Of a DNA stretch of 64,000 nt, positions 20,708-32,135 are shown piece after piece; position 1 is the stretch's first letter; every line of letters starts with the position of its first letter. The translations under genes were made by a program, and so were the position numbers. This DNA is from Lama glama (Eukaryota). The stretch is from positions 36,706,001-36,770,000 of the forward strand of contig CM052817.1 of assembly GCA_028534125.1 (NCBI GenBank), given 5' to 3'. Below the pieces are notes generated by a model. That model did no database searches and was not told the DNA's origin. It saw nothing but the letters and a program-made list of their open reading frames with translations.

Positions 20708-23052
20708 ACCCTGTACACGTTATAATGCTCAATCCATAGTTTTTGAATGTTAGCATCTGTGTGCCAGATCACTAGACATATGGGAGACTGGATTTAAATG
20801 ATGGTGCCATAACTTTATTCTATATTATAATTTCTAAACTATAATTTCTATCTATATAATTTTCTATTCATTTTTGCTTCCCCATTTCTAAAGCACCGAA
20901 TTAGTCCTTGTGAAATTACTGATATATTAAAATTGGAGTTGAATATTTTATATAATAAGTACATCACTCAATTCTGAAAGGAGACGATATGCAGTGTTAG
21001 TGGACATTTTAAATAATTAGGATAGCAGGTTTCTCTTGATCTTCTGTTTTTGTGTTTTCCACTTTTACCAGAAAATAATTAGTTTTGATACAGGTTTTAG
21101 TGGCCAGTGTTGGAAACCAGGGAACCTGAGTTCTTTCTTTTCTTTTTTTTCCCAGTTTTTTTCCTGAGTTCTTTTTTAATTATACTGCAAGCTCCATTAA
21201 ATATTGTTGTTAGTTTGCCTATGAGAAGAGAGAGGCTAGTTATCTCCCAGTAAATATTAAACTGATCCTGCAACTTCTGATTGTTTACACAGCATCATTT
21301 GCTTTTACTTCTTAATTAGACCATCGCTCTTTTGGGTACTTTTTTTTTTTTTTTTTTGGCCAGGTCATGAAGGCCAAAAAGGCCATCGAAAGGGTGGATG
21401 GACAGGTAGCAGTGATGTTAAAATCAGTTTACCTGGTTATATTTGTGACCTTGAAGTCATGTTCTCTGAAGGTTTTGGATGACTTCTAGTCCCTGCTAGG
21501 AATGTGTTTACAGATTAATTTTAGTCTCAGATGCCTTTTACCAGCTCAAATATTGTGGAAGTGGTAAATTCTAGGAAACTTGAAGAGTTTTAAAACGTTT
21601 CACCCTAGTTCCCAATAAGGAGATGACCATAATTAGAGGAAACTGTAGGTTAAGTTAGAAACTGTTTATGGTTGGGACCTGGAGTTTTGACGCTTTCCTG
21701 TATATTTCACTGATATCCCCCAAACCGTCTTTTGGTCTGTGGAGCATAGCTTGGCTGGAGGGTTAGCTGGGGTTCTCACTGAAGCAGTGAAAGAGGTTGT
21801 GGATGGCATATCAGCAGAGCTGGTACACCCACTTGTCTAGGTTGGGAGGAAGTGGAGGCTGGGGTCAGGAAAGGGGCCTTTCTCGCTTTTAGATGGTGCC
21901 AAAGTGTCTCAGGCTGGGGTTTCACTTTATTTTTGTTTATGTGGACTTGGTTTGGACACAAGTAAAATTGTGGTGTCTTAACCTCTGGTAAGATTTCAAG
22001 CATCTTGCTTCATCAAGCTCGGTTACTGAAGAATCCAGTTTGTGTTTTAGAGATGATGGCATTCTGAATTTAGAAAGATAAAAGTGACACACTTTCATTT
22101 AACTCTCATAATCTTTGAATGTTTGTGGATGTAAAGTAACGAAAAACATTCTACTCCTTTTTAAGAAAGAGAATAAAAATTCTATACACAGGAAGTCTGT
22201 TTTCCTAAAACATATTTTACTTTCATAGCATTTTTGTAAAATCGGGCAACTGGTTTATTTCTTGTGGTCCCACCTTCTATCCTGAGTGTTCACCACAAGA
22301 CCAGGAGAACTAGGACCAGGAAATAAAATCGGTTAAATTTTATCCCCCTGTACCAGGTATGTGCGAACATAAGGCTTTATGTGTGTAGCTTTTTCTCTCT
22401 CATGAAGTTTTGGAGCATTTTTAAACAAAAATCCATGAAACATAAAAATATTCAATAAATAAGTAAGAGAGTTGGGGAAAGAATGCTACAAAATCAATAA
22501 AACTTGGAAATGTTTGGGTAAATTTAGCACAAAAATAGAAAATGTCTAGTTAGACATTTGGGGTTTATAAATATTAATTTTAGCAGTTTTGAAACAACAT
22601 AATTTAGTATCAAGTGCTTAAAAGACTACTTTCAGTAAATATAATTTAAAAAATATGGGTCATGTTTATCTGTTCAGCTAATCAAAAAGTATCTTTGACA
22701 ACCCGACATTGTAAATTGAATATACTTCACTAGAAAAAAAAAATCAGGCCAAAAAAAGAGAGTATCTTTGGAAAAAAAAAAAAACAAGTAGTAGAAATCC
22801 AAAAAGATAAAGAGGAGACCTCTGTTAATGATAACATTTCTTAATCTAGTACCATTGTTCTAGTTCTAGATTTCCCAAGCAGCTGGAAGATAGACAGTCA
22901 GAGGGCAGGGCATTGAGAAAAGGAGGAGTAGCTCTTAACTTGTGGCTCTGTTTTAGCTTTGAGACAACTTAGGTTCTAGATGGGCAGAAAATCACTAAGA
23001 ATGGTGATGAGAGCAGCAATGTTGGTTCAAATAAAAAATATATTTTCTGTGA

Positions 23053-23582
23053 CATATATATACATAATGGAATACTGCTCAGCCATAAAAAAGCATGAAA
23101 TAATGCCATGTGCAGAGTGGATGGACCTAGAGATTATCATACTAAGTGAAGTAAGTCAGGCAGAGAATGACAAATGACAAATACTACTTACATGTGGAAT
23201 CTAAAAAAATGATACAAATGAACTTATATATAAAATAGAAACAGACTCACAGACATAGAAAACAAACTATGGCTACCAAAGGAGAAAGGGAGGGAGGAGG
23301 GATAAATTAGGAGTCTGGGATTAACAGATACAAACTACTATATATAAAATAGATAAACAGCAAGGACCTACTGTATAGCACAGGGAACTATATTCAGTAT
23401 CTTTTAATAACCTATAATGGAAAAAGATCAGAAAAGATTGATCGATCAATCGATCGATCGATCGATCGATCTATCTATCTATCTATAACTGAATCACTTT
23501 GCTGTATACCTGAAACTAAAACAACATTGTAAATCAACTATACTTCAGTAAAAAGTAAAAATAAATAAATAAATTTAAAAAA
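23053..23582 (+). mobile_element. 5'-truncated artiodactyl-type L1 3' end
   Basis: ATGGAATACTGCTCAGCCATAAAAAAG...GGACCTAGAGATTATCATACTAAGTGAAGTAAGTCAG...CTACTGTATAGCACAGGGAACTATATTCA...TGTAAATCAACTATACTTCA, then an A-rich tail. Confidence 0.9.
23436..23485. repeat. Compound (GATC)n/(TATC)3 microsatellite inside the L1 3' UTR
   Basis: GATT GATC GATC AATC (GATC)5 (TATC)3 TA read directly. Confidence 0.9.
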
Positions 23583-23734
23583 GTGTCTTCAATGACAGTC
23601 AAATTAGTGTATTCAGAAAGGAGCATGGGAATTGGCATGAGCTAGGGGATTTCTTCCTGGCATCTGAGTCTTTTAATCAGGTGCCAAACTGAAAGAGTTC
23701 AGCTGTCTTCGTCCTTTGTTCTACCTTTCTAGAT

Positions 23735-23928
23735 CAGGGGTCAGCAAGCTCTTGGGCCAAATCCACTACAGCTTTTTTTTGTAAATGAAGCTTTATTGCG
23801 ACTGCACCCATTTATTTATGGAGTGTTTATGGCTGCTTTCATGCTATGACATAGAGTTGAGTATTTGGAACAGAGACCATCTGGTCTGCAAAGCCTTTCA
23901 GCCTTTTACAGAAAAAGGCTGATTCTTG
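23735..23928. mobile_element. MER58A hAT-Charlie MITE
   Basis: CAGGGGTCAGCAAG...GGGCCAAATCC...TATGGCTGCTTTCATGCTA...CCTTTTACAGAAAAAG; 8-bp TSD TTCTAGAT / TTCCAGAT. Confidence 0.85.
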
Positions 23929-24624
23929 TTCCAGATGAAAGATCTTTCTTTTTTTTTTTTTTGTTCTTTAACACAAGCATATGTCAGCCCCTTGCCCTAG
24001 TTCCAACGCTGTCATTTCTAGCTACCACAAGGCATTTTTGAGGTGTGATGGACAGTCCACGTGCAATGTCAGATGCATGGACCTGGCTTTGAACCATGCA
24101 ATACAATGCTTTCTATTTTGTTTTCACTCGTCCTAATAATGCCCTACCTTATAGTCAGCACAGGACACTGAATCAATATTAAGGATAAGTATTTTAGGAT
24201 CTTCGGAACTCCTTCTGGTTATGAGAATAGCTCATTAGACACAATCTTGTGACTTCACTTGGAATTTCTGTCGTATGTAAATAACCCTTCTTACATAGGT
24301 TCATCTCACACTTGTCACTTTTTCTGCCTCTTCCATATAGTCCCTTGTGAGATAATTATATAATTATCCCTGTTGTTCTTACCTTCCACTAACTCAAAAT
24401 CTTAGTGTCTTTTGTAAATCTGGGAATTTTAGTATGAATAATGATGTTAATACTTTTATTTGTTGTCTTTTAAACATTTAACATGCTTTCAGATTGATGA
24501 TATGAGTTGATGCTTGTAACAGTGTTTGGCTCTGGGAAGCGGATCTGATTGGCTAGAGAAAAGGATGGGAAGGAAAGTTAAATTTTGACAGAAACAACTT
24601 TTATAGTTTTTAAATTTTGTATCA

Positions 24625-25185
24625 TGTGTGCATTAATTACCTATCACTGTGTAGCAAAAATTACCACAAATTCAGCAGCTTAAAATAACACACGTTTGTC
24701 ATCTCAGAGTTTCTGAAGGTCGGGAAACCAGATATGGCTTAGCTGGGTCCCCTGCGTTAGGGTCTTCACAAAGCTGTTAATGAATTGTTGACCAAGGCTG
24801 GAGTCTCACCTGAAGACGTGACTGTGGAAGGATCTGCTCCAAGCTGACATGACTGTTGGCAGGGTGCAGTTCCTTGAGGAATGCTGGACAGAGAGCCTCT
24901 GATCTGTTAATCCCAGAGGCTGGATGCCTACCCTGTTCCTAACATGACAGCTTGCTTCATCAAAGCATGCAAGCTAAGAAGGCAATAGAAGGAGTCTGCT
25001 AGCAAAATGGAAGTCAAAATTTTACATCCTACACTTTTGTGGGACATCTTATCACTTTCGCCTTTTTCTGCCTGTGAGATCAAGTTGTTAGGCCATCCCA
25101 CACTCAAGCCTAGGGAATTATGCCAGGATGTGAGTACCAGGAGTTGGGGACCATAAGGAAATCAGTTTAGAGACTGCTTGTCACA
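24625..25185 (-). mobile_element. MaLR LTR (MLT1E/F group)
   Basis: TTACCACAAATTCAGCAGCTTAAAATAACAC...GGCTTAGCTGGGTCC...CCCACACTCAAG...GTGAGTACCAGGAG. Confidence 0.75.
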
Positions 25186-25388
25186 ACTCTGTGTATTATC
25201 CATTTAGTACAATTAAATAAATGATTTTAGACATTGAAGACTTTTAGACATTAAATGACAATGAAAGTATCAGTACAATATGTGAAATCTGATTTCAGTT
25301 TTTTTACTAAAAAATGACATGTACATAAATACATATATGTCTGTAAATATATCCAGAGTTGTGGGGTTGATACAGATCAAATGGTTAC

Positions 25389-25743
25389 TGTCTTTGTCTG
25401 TTCAAGGTGATACAACAGAATACCAGAGACTGGATGGCTTATAAACAAACATTTATATCTCACAGCTCTGGAGGCTGGAACGTCCAAGACAAGGCACTGG
25501 TGGATTAGATGTCTGGTGAGAGCCCATTTCCTTGTTCACAGATGGCCATCTTCTTGCTGTGTCCTCATATGGTAGAAGGGGCAAAGGAGCTCTCTGGGTC
25601 TCTTTTACACGGGCATTAATCCCATTCATGAGGGCTCCACCCTTATGACTGAATCACCTCTCAAAGACTCCACCTCCTGATACAGATTGGGGATTAGGTT
25701 TCAACATGAATTTTGAGAGGATGAAAACATTTAGACTATAGCA
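25389..25743 (-). mobile_element. MaLR solo LTR (MLT1A0-like)
   Basis: Near full length: GAATACCAGAGACTGGATGGCTTATAAAC...CATTAATCCCATTCATGAGGGCTCCACCCTTATGAC...GGGATTAGGTTTCAACATGAATTTTG...ACTATAGCA. Confidence 0.85.
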
Positions 25744-26157
25744 GTGATACTTTGGTGGAAGGGAGTGAGAGAGAAATGAGTGTAAAGGAACTTTCATAAT
25801 TTAATGTAGGTCTTTGTTTTCTTCCAAGGAGAAGGAATTAGGATCAATTTACAACGTTATGGAGGGTAAATGACTTTCCAGTGGCATATGCTCACTTAAT
25901 TGAAGGATGAGGACTCAAAACATAATTCTCCTTAATGTCACAGATGTTTTTCCTATTTATTTAGTGATTTATTTATTTATTTCTAAACCAAATTGTTGTG
26001 TTCAGAAAAATTATTAAAGGTTATTTATAGTAATGGTAGATATTAGTTTGTCTGCTGATGTCTGGCTAACCTCATTGGGTGGCCATCTCTACTCACTATG
26101 GTAATTAAGCTATTTTTTAAACCATTATAAAACAGAAATCTGTATTTAATCCTATGA

Positions 26158-26370
26158 TAGGTTGGCCAGGTTTACCAAATGAAAATATAGGATGCCCAGT
26201 TAAATTTGAATTTTAGGCACACAATGAATACTGTTTTAGTGTAAGGATGTCTCAAATATGCAAATACTTCTATACATACAATATTTGGGACATACTTTTA
26301 CTATACAATTGTTCATCCTTTATCTGAAACTCACCTTTAACTAAAGTCCTATATTCAGTGGGGAACCTTA
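26158..26370. mobile_element. MER53 palindromic MITE (second copy)
   Basis: TAGGTTGGCCAGGTTTACCAAAT...AGGATGCCCAGTTAAATTTGAATTT...ATATTTGGGACATACTT...TTATCTGAAA; 8-bp TSD TCCTATGA / TCCTATGG. Confidence 0.85.
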
Positions 26371-27360
26371 TCCTATGGGCAATTAAAAAAAGCAGTGTGG
26401 GTTCTTGAGCAGAAGGAATACACAGTAAAATGGAATTTTAAAAAGATTAATTCCTACTTTGTTAACATCTGTGATACCCCAAAATCTCTTTCTGACCCAG
26501 AGACTAATCTATTCAGCAAACATTTATGAATATCTACTTGGTGTCAGGCACTACGCCAGCTGCTGGGGATTTAACCAACTACAGAAATGATCCCTGAAAG
26601 CATAGTCTTTGCTGGGGATTTAAAATCAAACAAACTTCTATCTTCTATAAGAAACTCAAACCATTTTTGCTGGTACTTGTTACAGAAATTCTGGTAGGTG
26701 ACTGAAGGTCAGAATGTACCAAATCTGGTTAAAAACAGATCAGATTGTTGCAGATGTCTCTTAGCTCTCACACTTCAGTGTTTGGGTTGGTTTTTAACAT
26801 ACCTTAAGGTTTTTAAAATTATAAGCAATAATGAATGCTTAAGACAATTTTTCTTTGAAAGTTAAGAAATTAAAAAAAACAGCTTTAAAGAGTTCGGACA
26901 TTGCATTATTTTCTTTGAGCCTTCATCATCTTTTCTATTCTTCTGAAACAGTCACTGAAATCTCTCTGTGGAAGTATAAAGGAATAATGTAATTTTGCAG
27001 ACTGTGATTTACCAGTATAAGTTTGCCAAATTCAACTTTATGAACGGATTCCAGGAAAATTAGAAAAACAAAACTCAATAAGGAAATAGTCTGCAACTAA
27101 ATTTCAATAAAAGTCCCAGAGATGGAGCTTTGTGTCAAGGTCCTTTGTACATTGATTTGGTAGACTTTTTTTTTTTTTTTTTGCAGTTTAAACACATTAT
27201 TCCTTGAAGTTTATCCTGGTGATGTAACATAATTGGATGACTGACCAATTACCACATGAGTTCTGAAATTCCATATTTTCAGACTGAGTAACAGCTCTGT
27301 GATGGGGAAAAGATGACTATGTAGAGCCACAGGAAAGAGGAAGAGAGAGTGGGGGTGTGC

Positions 27361-27625
27361 TGTCTAGGGCCTGACTGCTGTCAGCTCCAGTCCTCTCATC
27401 CTCTGGGCTTGGCTCTGCATCTGAGGGAATGGCCCTGCAGGCTACATTCCCAAGCCCCCGTGTCACCCCGCCTTTGGCTCGTCAGGGGGTGGCGCTGACA
27501 GCAGATAGGCAGGCAGGAAGGAGGGAGAAGCCCTGTGAGTCTTCTCTCTCTGCATCTGGCAGCATCTCTGACAGTCCCTGTGCCTTCCTCATGGCCTCAG
27601 CCTTCACCTGGTGGCCCTGAGGGCT
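27361..27625 (+). mobile_element. ERVL LTR 5' part (LTR33-like)
   Basis: CTGTCAGCTCCAG...CCCTGCAGGCTACATTCCCAAG...GGCAGGAAGGAGGGAGAAGCC...CTCTGCATCTGGCAGCATCTCTGACAG. Confidence 0.6.
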
Positions 27626-28734
27626 GGGCTCTCATAACATCCCCATTCTCTCCTCTGGCTTAGGGAGGACAGAGACACATGGTGGCCTTGTCTCAGGGAT
27701 CCTATTTGGCTTCTCAGATCTTCCATCTTTCATAGTATCAATTCCTTTGTTGTGCATATTGGTTTCTAGTTCTCTGGTAGACTCTGCTTGATACCGGGAA
27801 TGTGGGAATTTTAAGGAGAATATCAGAAAATCAAGGATCCATATTCCTTTCTCCTTGACATCATCTTCAGGGAGTTTCAAATAAACAAATGTGCAACTGT
27901 TCCTTTAGCACTGACACTGTCTCTGTTTCAAGGATCAGAGCTGCTCAAGGTCTTCCAGAGCAGATGCATTCCTAAGAACGTTTGGCTAGTGGAGCCAGAT
28001 CTGCACTCTGCCTCAAACCAAGTCTTCTGTTACTGTCTCAGTGAACACAATTTCCTTTTTTTTTTTTTAAATGGAGGGTAGATGCTATCATTTCTAGATC
28101 AATAATTCTTAAAATGAATATGTAAAGAGAATAAAGGCAGAACAAAATGGAAATAAAGGAGTTTAGAGATAAGAGAAAGAAAATGGGAAGATGACATGGA
28201 ATCAGATAATACAGCTGTCCTCTCGGAGAGAAGGCAACAGCTTTGATTAAAGGGAATTAAAAAATCTGTTTTCTCAGAAATGTTGCTTATAACCTTGACG
28301 TTTGTTAACTTGTTTCAGATACTTGCATGATATCATCAACCATGGTAAATATAGGAAATGATGTTTGCTATGTACATTATAAATATTAATAATCACAGCC
28401 TCTCAGTGAACTCCTTGCCAGCAAAGGAAAGGGAAATATTTCATAGTGAAAGCAGGGAGTGTGACCAGTGGGCAGCAACAGCGCAGACCTGATGGAGGGG
28501 AGGAGGCAATCCTATAGCCTTGTTGTGTGGAGGTGTCAGATCCAGAAAATTTACCTTCTCTCTTGTGAACTAAGGGCCTTGTTAGCTGACCTGATAGGCG
28601 AGGTCAAACCCTGGATTAGAATTGGTGTAAGTCACAGATCTGCTCACTGCTTTCTGGCATCAAATATAAAGAAGATAAGGCCTTCCTGAAATGTCCCAAG
28701 GCGTTACGGCTATTCAGTGCTTTTATCCGTAAGA

Positions 28735-28950
28735 GCAAGGGCTTTGCAATCAGGCCCTTTTGGTCACTTCCTAACTGAGGCATCTTGAGCAAGTTAACTA
28801 ACCTCTCTGGGCCTCCTCTGTAAAGTAGGGACAGAAATAGCACCTCCTTCAGAATGCTGTTGTGAGGATTAAATGGGCGCACGCACGGATATCTTAGACC
28901 AGCACCTGGAACTCAGTAAGCACTCAGGGAGGGTTAAATATTATCATTGC
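28735..28950 (+). mobile_element. MIR SINE
   Basis: TCTTGAGCAAGTTAACTAACCTCTCTGGGCCTC...GTTGTGAGGATTAAATG...AGCACCTGGAACTCAGTAAGCACTCA. Confidence 0.8.
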
Positions 28951-30204
28951 TCAGAAATGATACCTGTGATTTTAGATCTGTGTTAAATTCAAAGTATGGG
29001 AAATACACTTTAGGTAAATGCATAAAGTTATACACCATAATAAATGTAAGAAATCATGTTAGTTTGTAACTTCTGTCTTACAAGCCAAAGGGGAAGAAAG
29101 AAAACCACTTTAGTGACAGCTGGGAGATTTGACAAATAGGCAGCAATCGAAAAACATTTAAAACATTAAAAAATGAAATTCCTTTCTTCAGGCACATTCT
29201 GCATGTACATGCTGAAGAGAAAAGCGGTTGTATGTCATAGTAGCAAAGGAAGCAGAGCAACTGGGAGCGGGGGATCTTCAGGAACCCGCAGTCACTCTAT
29301 TTAGATGGATAGTCTGTTGGGAAATTCAGTCTGAAACTGAGATTAACATTCAGCTTATGTTCCATTTCTAGAGTATTTTTAGCTTACTGAAGTCAAATGA
29401 CAATTTTTTTTTACGGACGGAAAATTATGAGCTGTTTAGGGAAATGAGCGCATGTCTTAATTGGGCAACATCACCTTTTCCATGAGAAGTGTAAACAAAA
29501 CTTTAAAAAATGTATACATGGAAAACAATTGATGGAAATTTCTCTCTCTCTCCCTCCTTCTCTTCCTTCCTTCCTCCCCTCCTCTCTGTCTCTGTCTCTT
29601 CCTTTTGGTGGATGGTGGTCCCAATCATCATACTAACAAAAATCAGCTCAGCAGTAAAGCTGCCAGCTGCGTTTTGAGAGGACACGCATTCCGTCACTAT
29701 CATTGTTGAAACACCAGTTTTGTAGCAGGTTCTGGCCAAGTCCTGCTAGAACAACTTTAATGGTGGGTAGGATCCATGCAGGATTTCCTGCACCAGAACT
29801 CTGGAAATGAAAGCTTAATTGAAAATAGCTAAATGGTACTGTTTGTAAATGCATTCCGGTTGAGGAAAGTGTGAGTAACCATGCCCATACTTCCAGGGAA
29901 TTCAGGATAATAATTGTCCCCTTTAGAACAAAGGTAATACTTGGTGGCTCAGATAAGCTGGTGCTCCCATCTCGTCCAACTCATCTAGCTGGAACAAGCT
30001 GACAAGCCAGGGTGGGGTGGCCCCACGAATCTTCTAGGAAAACATAGGAAGTAGCTGTGATTTTGAGCTCAGAAGCATTGAGGAGCAGTAGTTTTTCACA
30101 GTGAATCCACTTACTTGCCTATGGCATTTTAGGTAGAATACAGGCCTTTTTTTTTTTTTTCTGTTTTATTTTACCAGCAACAGCATCACCTACTTCAACC
30201 ATCC

Positions 30205-30527
30205 TTTTTAAAAAAATAATAATTTATTTTCGAGTTTTATAGTGCTTTACAATTTTCAGAAGTTTCACACACATAATTTCATATAATCCCATCTTAACCT
30301 TTTTAAAAAATCCCCAATCCCTATATTGCCCCTCCTCCCCCTCCCACAAGTTATCACTGGTTTGCTCTCTATCTCTGTGATTCTGCTTCTTTTTTATTGT
30401 ACTCATTAGTTTGTTGTTTCTTTTAGATTCTACGTATAACTGATATCATACAGTATTTGCCTTTCTCTGTCTGACTTATTTCAATTAGTGTAATGCCCTC
30501 CAGGTCCATCCATGTTGATGCAAATGC
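30205..30527 (-). mobile_element. 5'-truncated Laurasiatherian-type L1 3' end
   Basis: ATAGTGCTTTACAATTTTCAGAAGTTTCACACACATAATTTCATATAATCCCAT and TTAGATTCTACGTATAACTGATATCATACAGTATTTGCCTTTCTCTGTCTGACTTATTTCA. Confidence 0.85.
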
Positions 30528-31374
30528 ACAGGCCATGTTTTGACATCTCTTAGAATTTGGAAATACCTATGGCCTTTGACTCATTTGGTGCCCTCACCTT
30601 CTCAAGGGTGCAGTGGTAGTACAGAACATTTATTAAAGATGACTGTGGAGCACTATTTATAGAACTAGAAAGAAGAGCACATGATTGTGAGTAAGAACAA
30701 TGAGAATAAACAGTTATTACGTGCCTGGACTGTAGGGGAGGTGGGTGGGGGGCTCCAAAGCCCAGCTCACGGTCTTTCTCCTGATTTTCTGTCTGGAGTC
30801 TGTGGAACTGCTACCACATCTCTGCTCCTGGACTACCATGAGCCTACCTGTGCCTGCCTACCATGTGACTCTATACCATTTTGCAGACACTCAGAAGGAT
30901 GATGCCTCAGAGCAGCTAAGGTAAATGTGATTAATCACAACTTCTTTTTAACCACTAGTTTATGAGCAGAGGAGAGGAAAAACGAACATCATGAAATCGG
31001 TGAGGTTTGACAAACAGGTAGCAACAGCACAAAGCTAACAGAGGAGAGGAAGCTGGACTCAAGTGGGACAACTGTTGCCTTTGTCCCGAACGTTCACACT
31101 GGTTGCCTGAGCCACCCGTCCGCGGAGGCGTGCCATCTCTTCTGCTACGTGGGAGGAACAGCATCCTTCCTGCAAAATGTTTCTGGGTCATCCCTGAAGT
31201 AGTACTATCTCTCTCCTCTAAATCACCATAGAATTTTAAATGTGCTCCTTTTTAATGGTAACTAACTTCTCTTCTCCCTCTGACTTAGATGAGAGTGGGA
31301 GAAAAGGGGGAAAAAATGATACAAAAGTGAATCTAAGGAAACACGAAACGTGAGAATCACAAAAATTGTTATTT

Positions 31375-31580
31375 TGATAGTGTGGTCAAGGATGACCTCT
31401 TTGAAGAGGTGATATATAAGCTGAGATCTAAAGAATGAGAAGAAACAGGCTATAAAGGCAGAGAAAAGAATGTCCCAGAGAGACAGAACAGTATGGGCAA
31501 AGACCTCAAGAAAAGAGAAGACCTCAGGTGTGCCTGAGGAGCTGACTGGAGGCTAGTCTGACTGGAGCTCAGTGAACGTT
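31375..31580 (-). mobile_element. L2 fragment
   Basis: GTGGTCAAGGATGACCTCTTTGAAGAGGTGATAT...GCTGAGATCTAAAGAATGAG...CAGTATGGGCAAAGACC. Confidence 0.65.
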
Positions 31581-31609
31581 CATAGCAGGAGAGAGCCTTA
31601 GGGAGTGCA

Positions 31610-32135
31610 GGTTTATGTCCAGAGTAAGCACCTGTTCCAGTAAGGATGAAGCACTGCCCCTTCCCTGATGAAACTGTTCCAGTGTAATAGACCTGCCGCT
31701 GGGTAGCTGGCTGATCACCCTGCGGGTGGCTCTGTAAGTAAGGGGACTCAGTGCTGGTCTCTCCCGCTGCAGATCAGGCACTCAGCAGTGGGCAGAGCCT
31801 GGTCGGCCTTGGTGAGGGGGAGCCCATGTGTAACCCCATCCCTGCCACCACGGCCACTTTGCTCATGAGCCCACTGGGTAATGACAGGGAGCCTTGGAAA
31901 AGGGACTGACTGGTGACCACAGAACACGTCATCCCACCCAATTGATTATTATAATCCTCCTCTGCTGGCATCACCCTTTGGTGCGCATTCAGTGGGGCAC
32001 AGACACCTTCACTATCTTTGGCTATTCTGATAAGTTTATCCACATACCTCTTCCCCCAGTTTCTTTGTCCCCACCTTCACAATCATGCTTCTTCCAAGCT
32101 CTTGATCATCCAGCGAAACCATTGGCCACCGCACA
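31610..32135 (-). mobile_element. ERVL pol remnant (RNase H C-terminus to integrase N-terminus), frameshifted
   Basis: Translation LNAHQRVMPAEEDYNNQLGGMTCSVVTSQSL matches ERV-L VNAHQRVTSAEEDFNNQVDRMTRSVDTSQPL; WAHEQSGRGGRDG and RPALSP follow in other frames. Confidence 0.85.
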
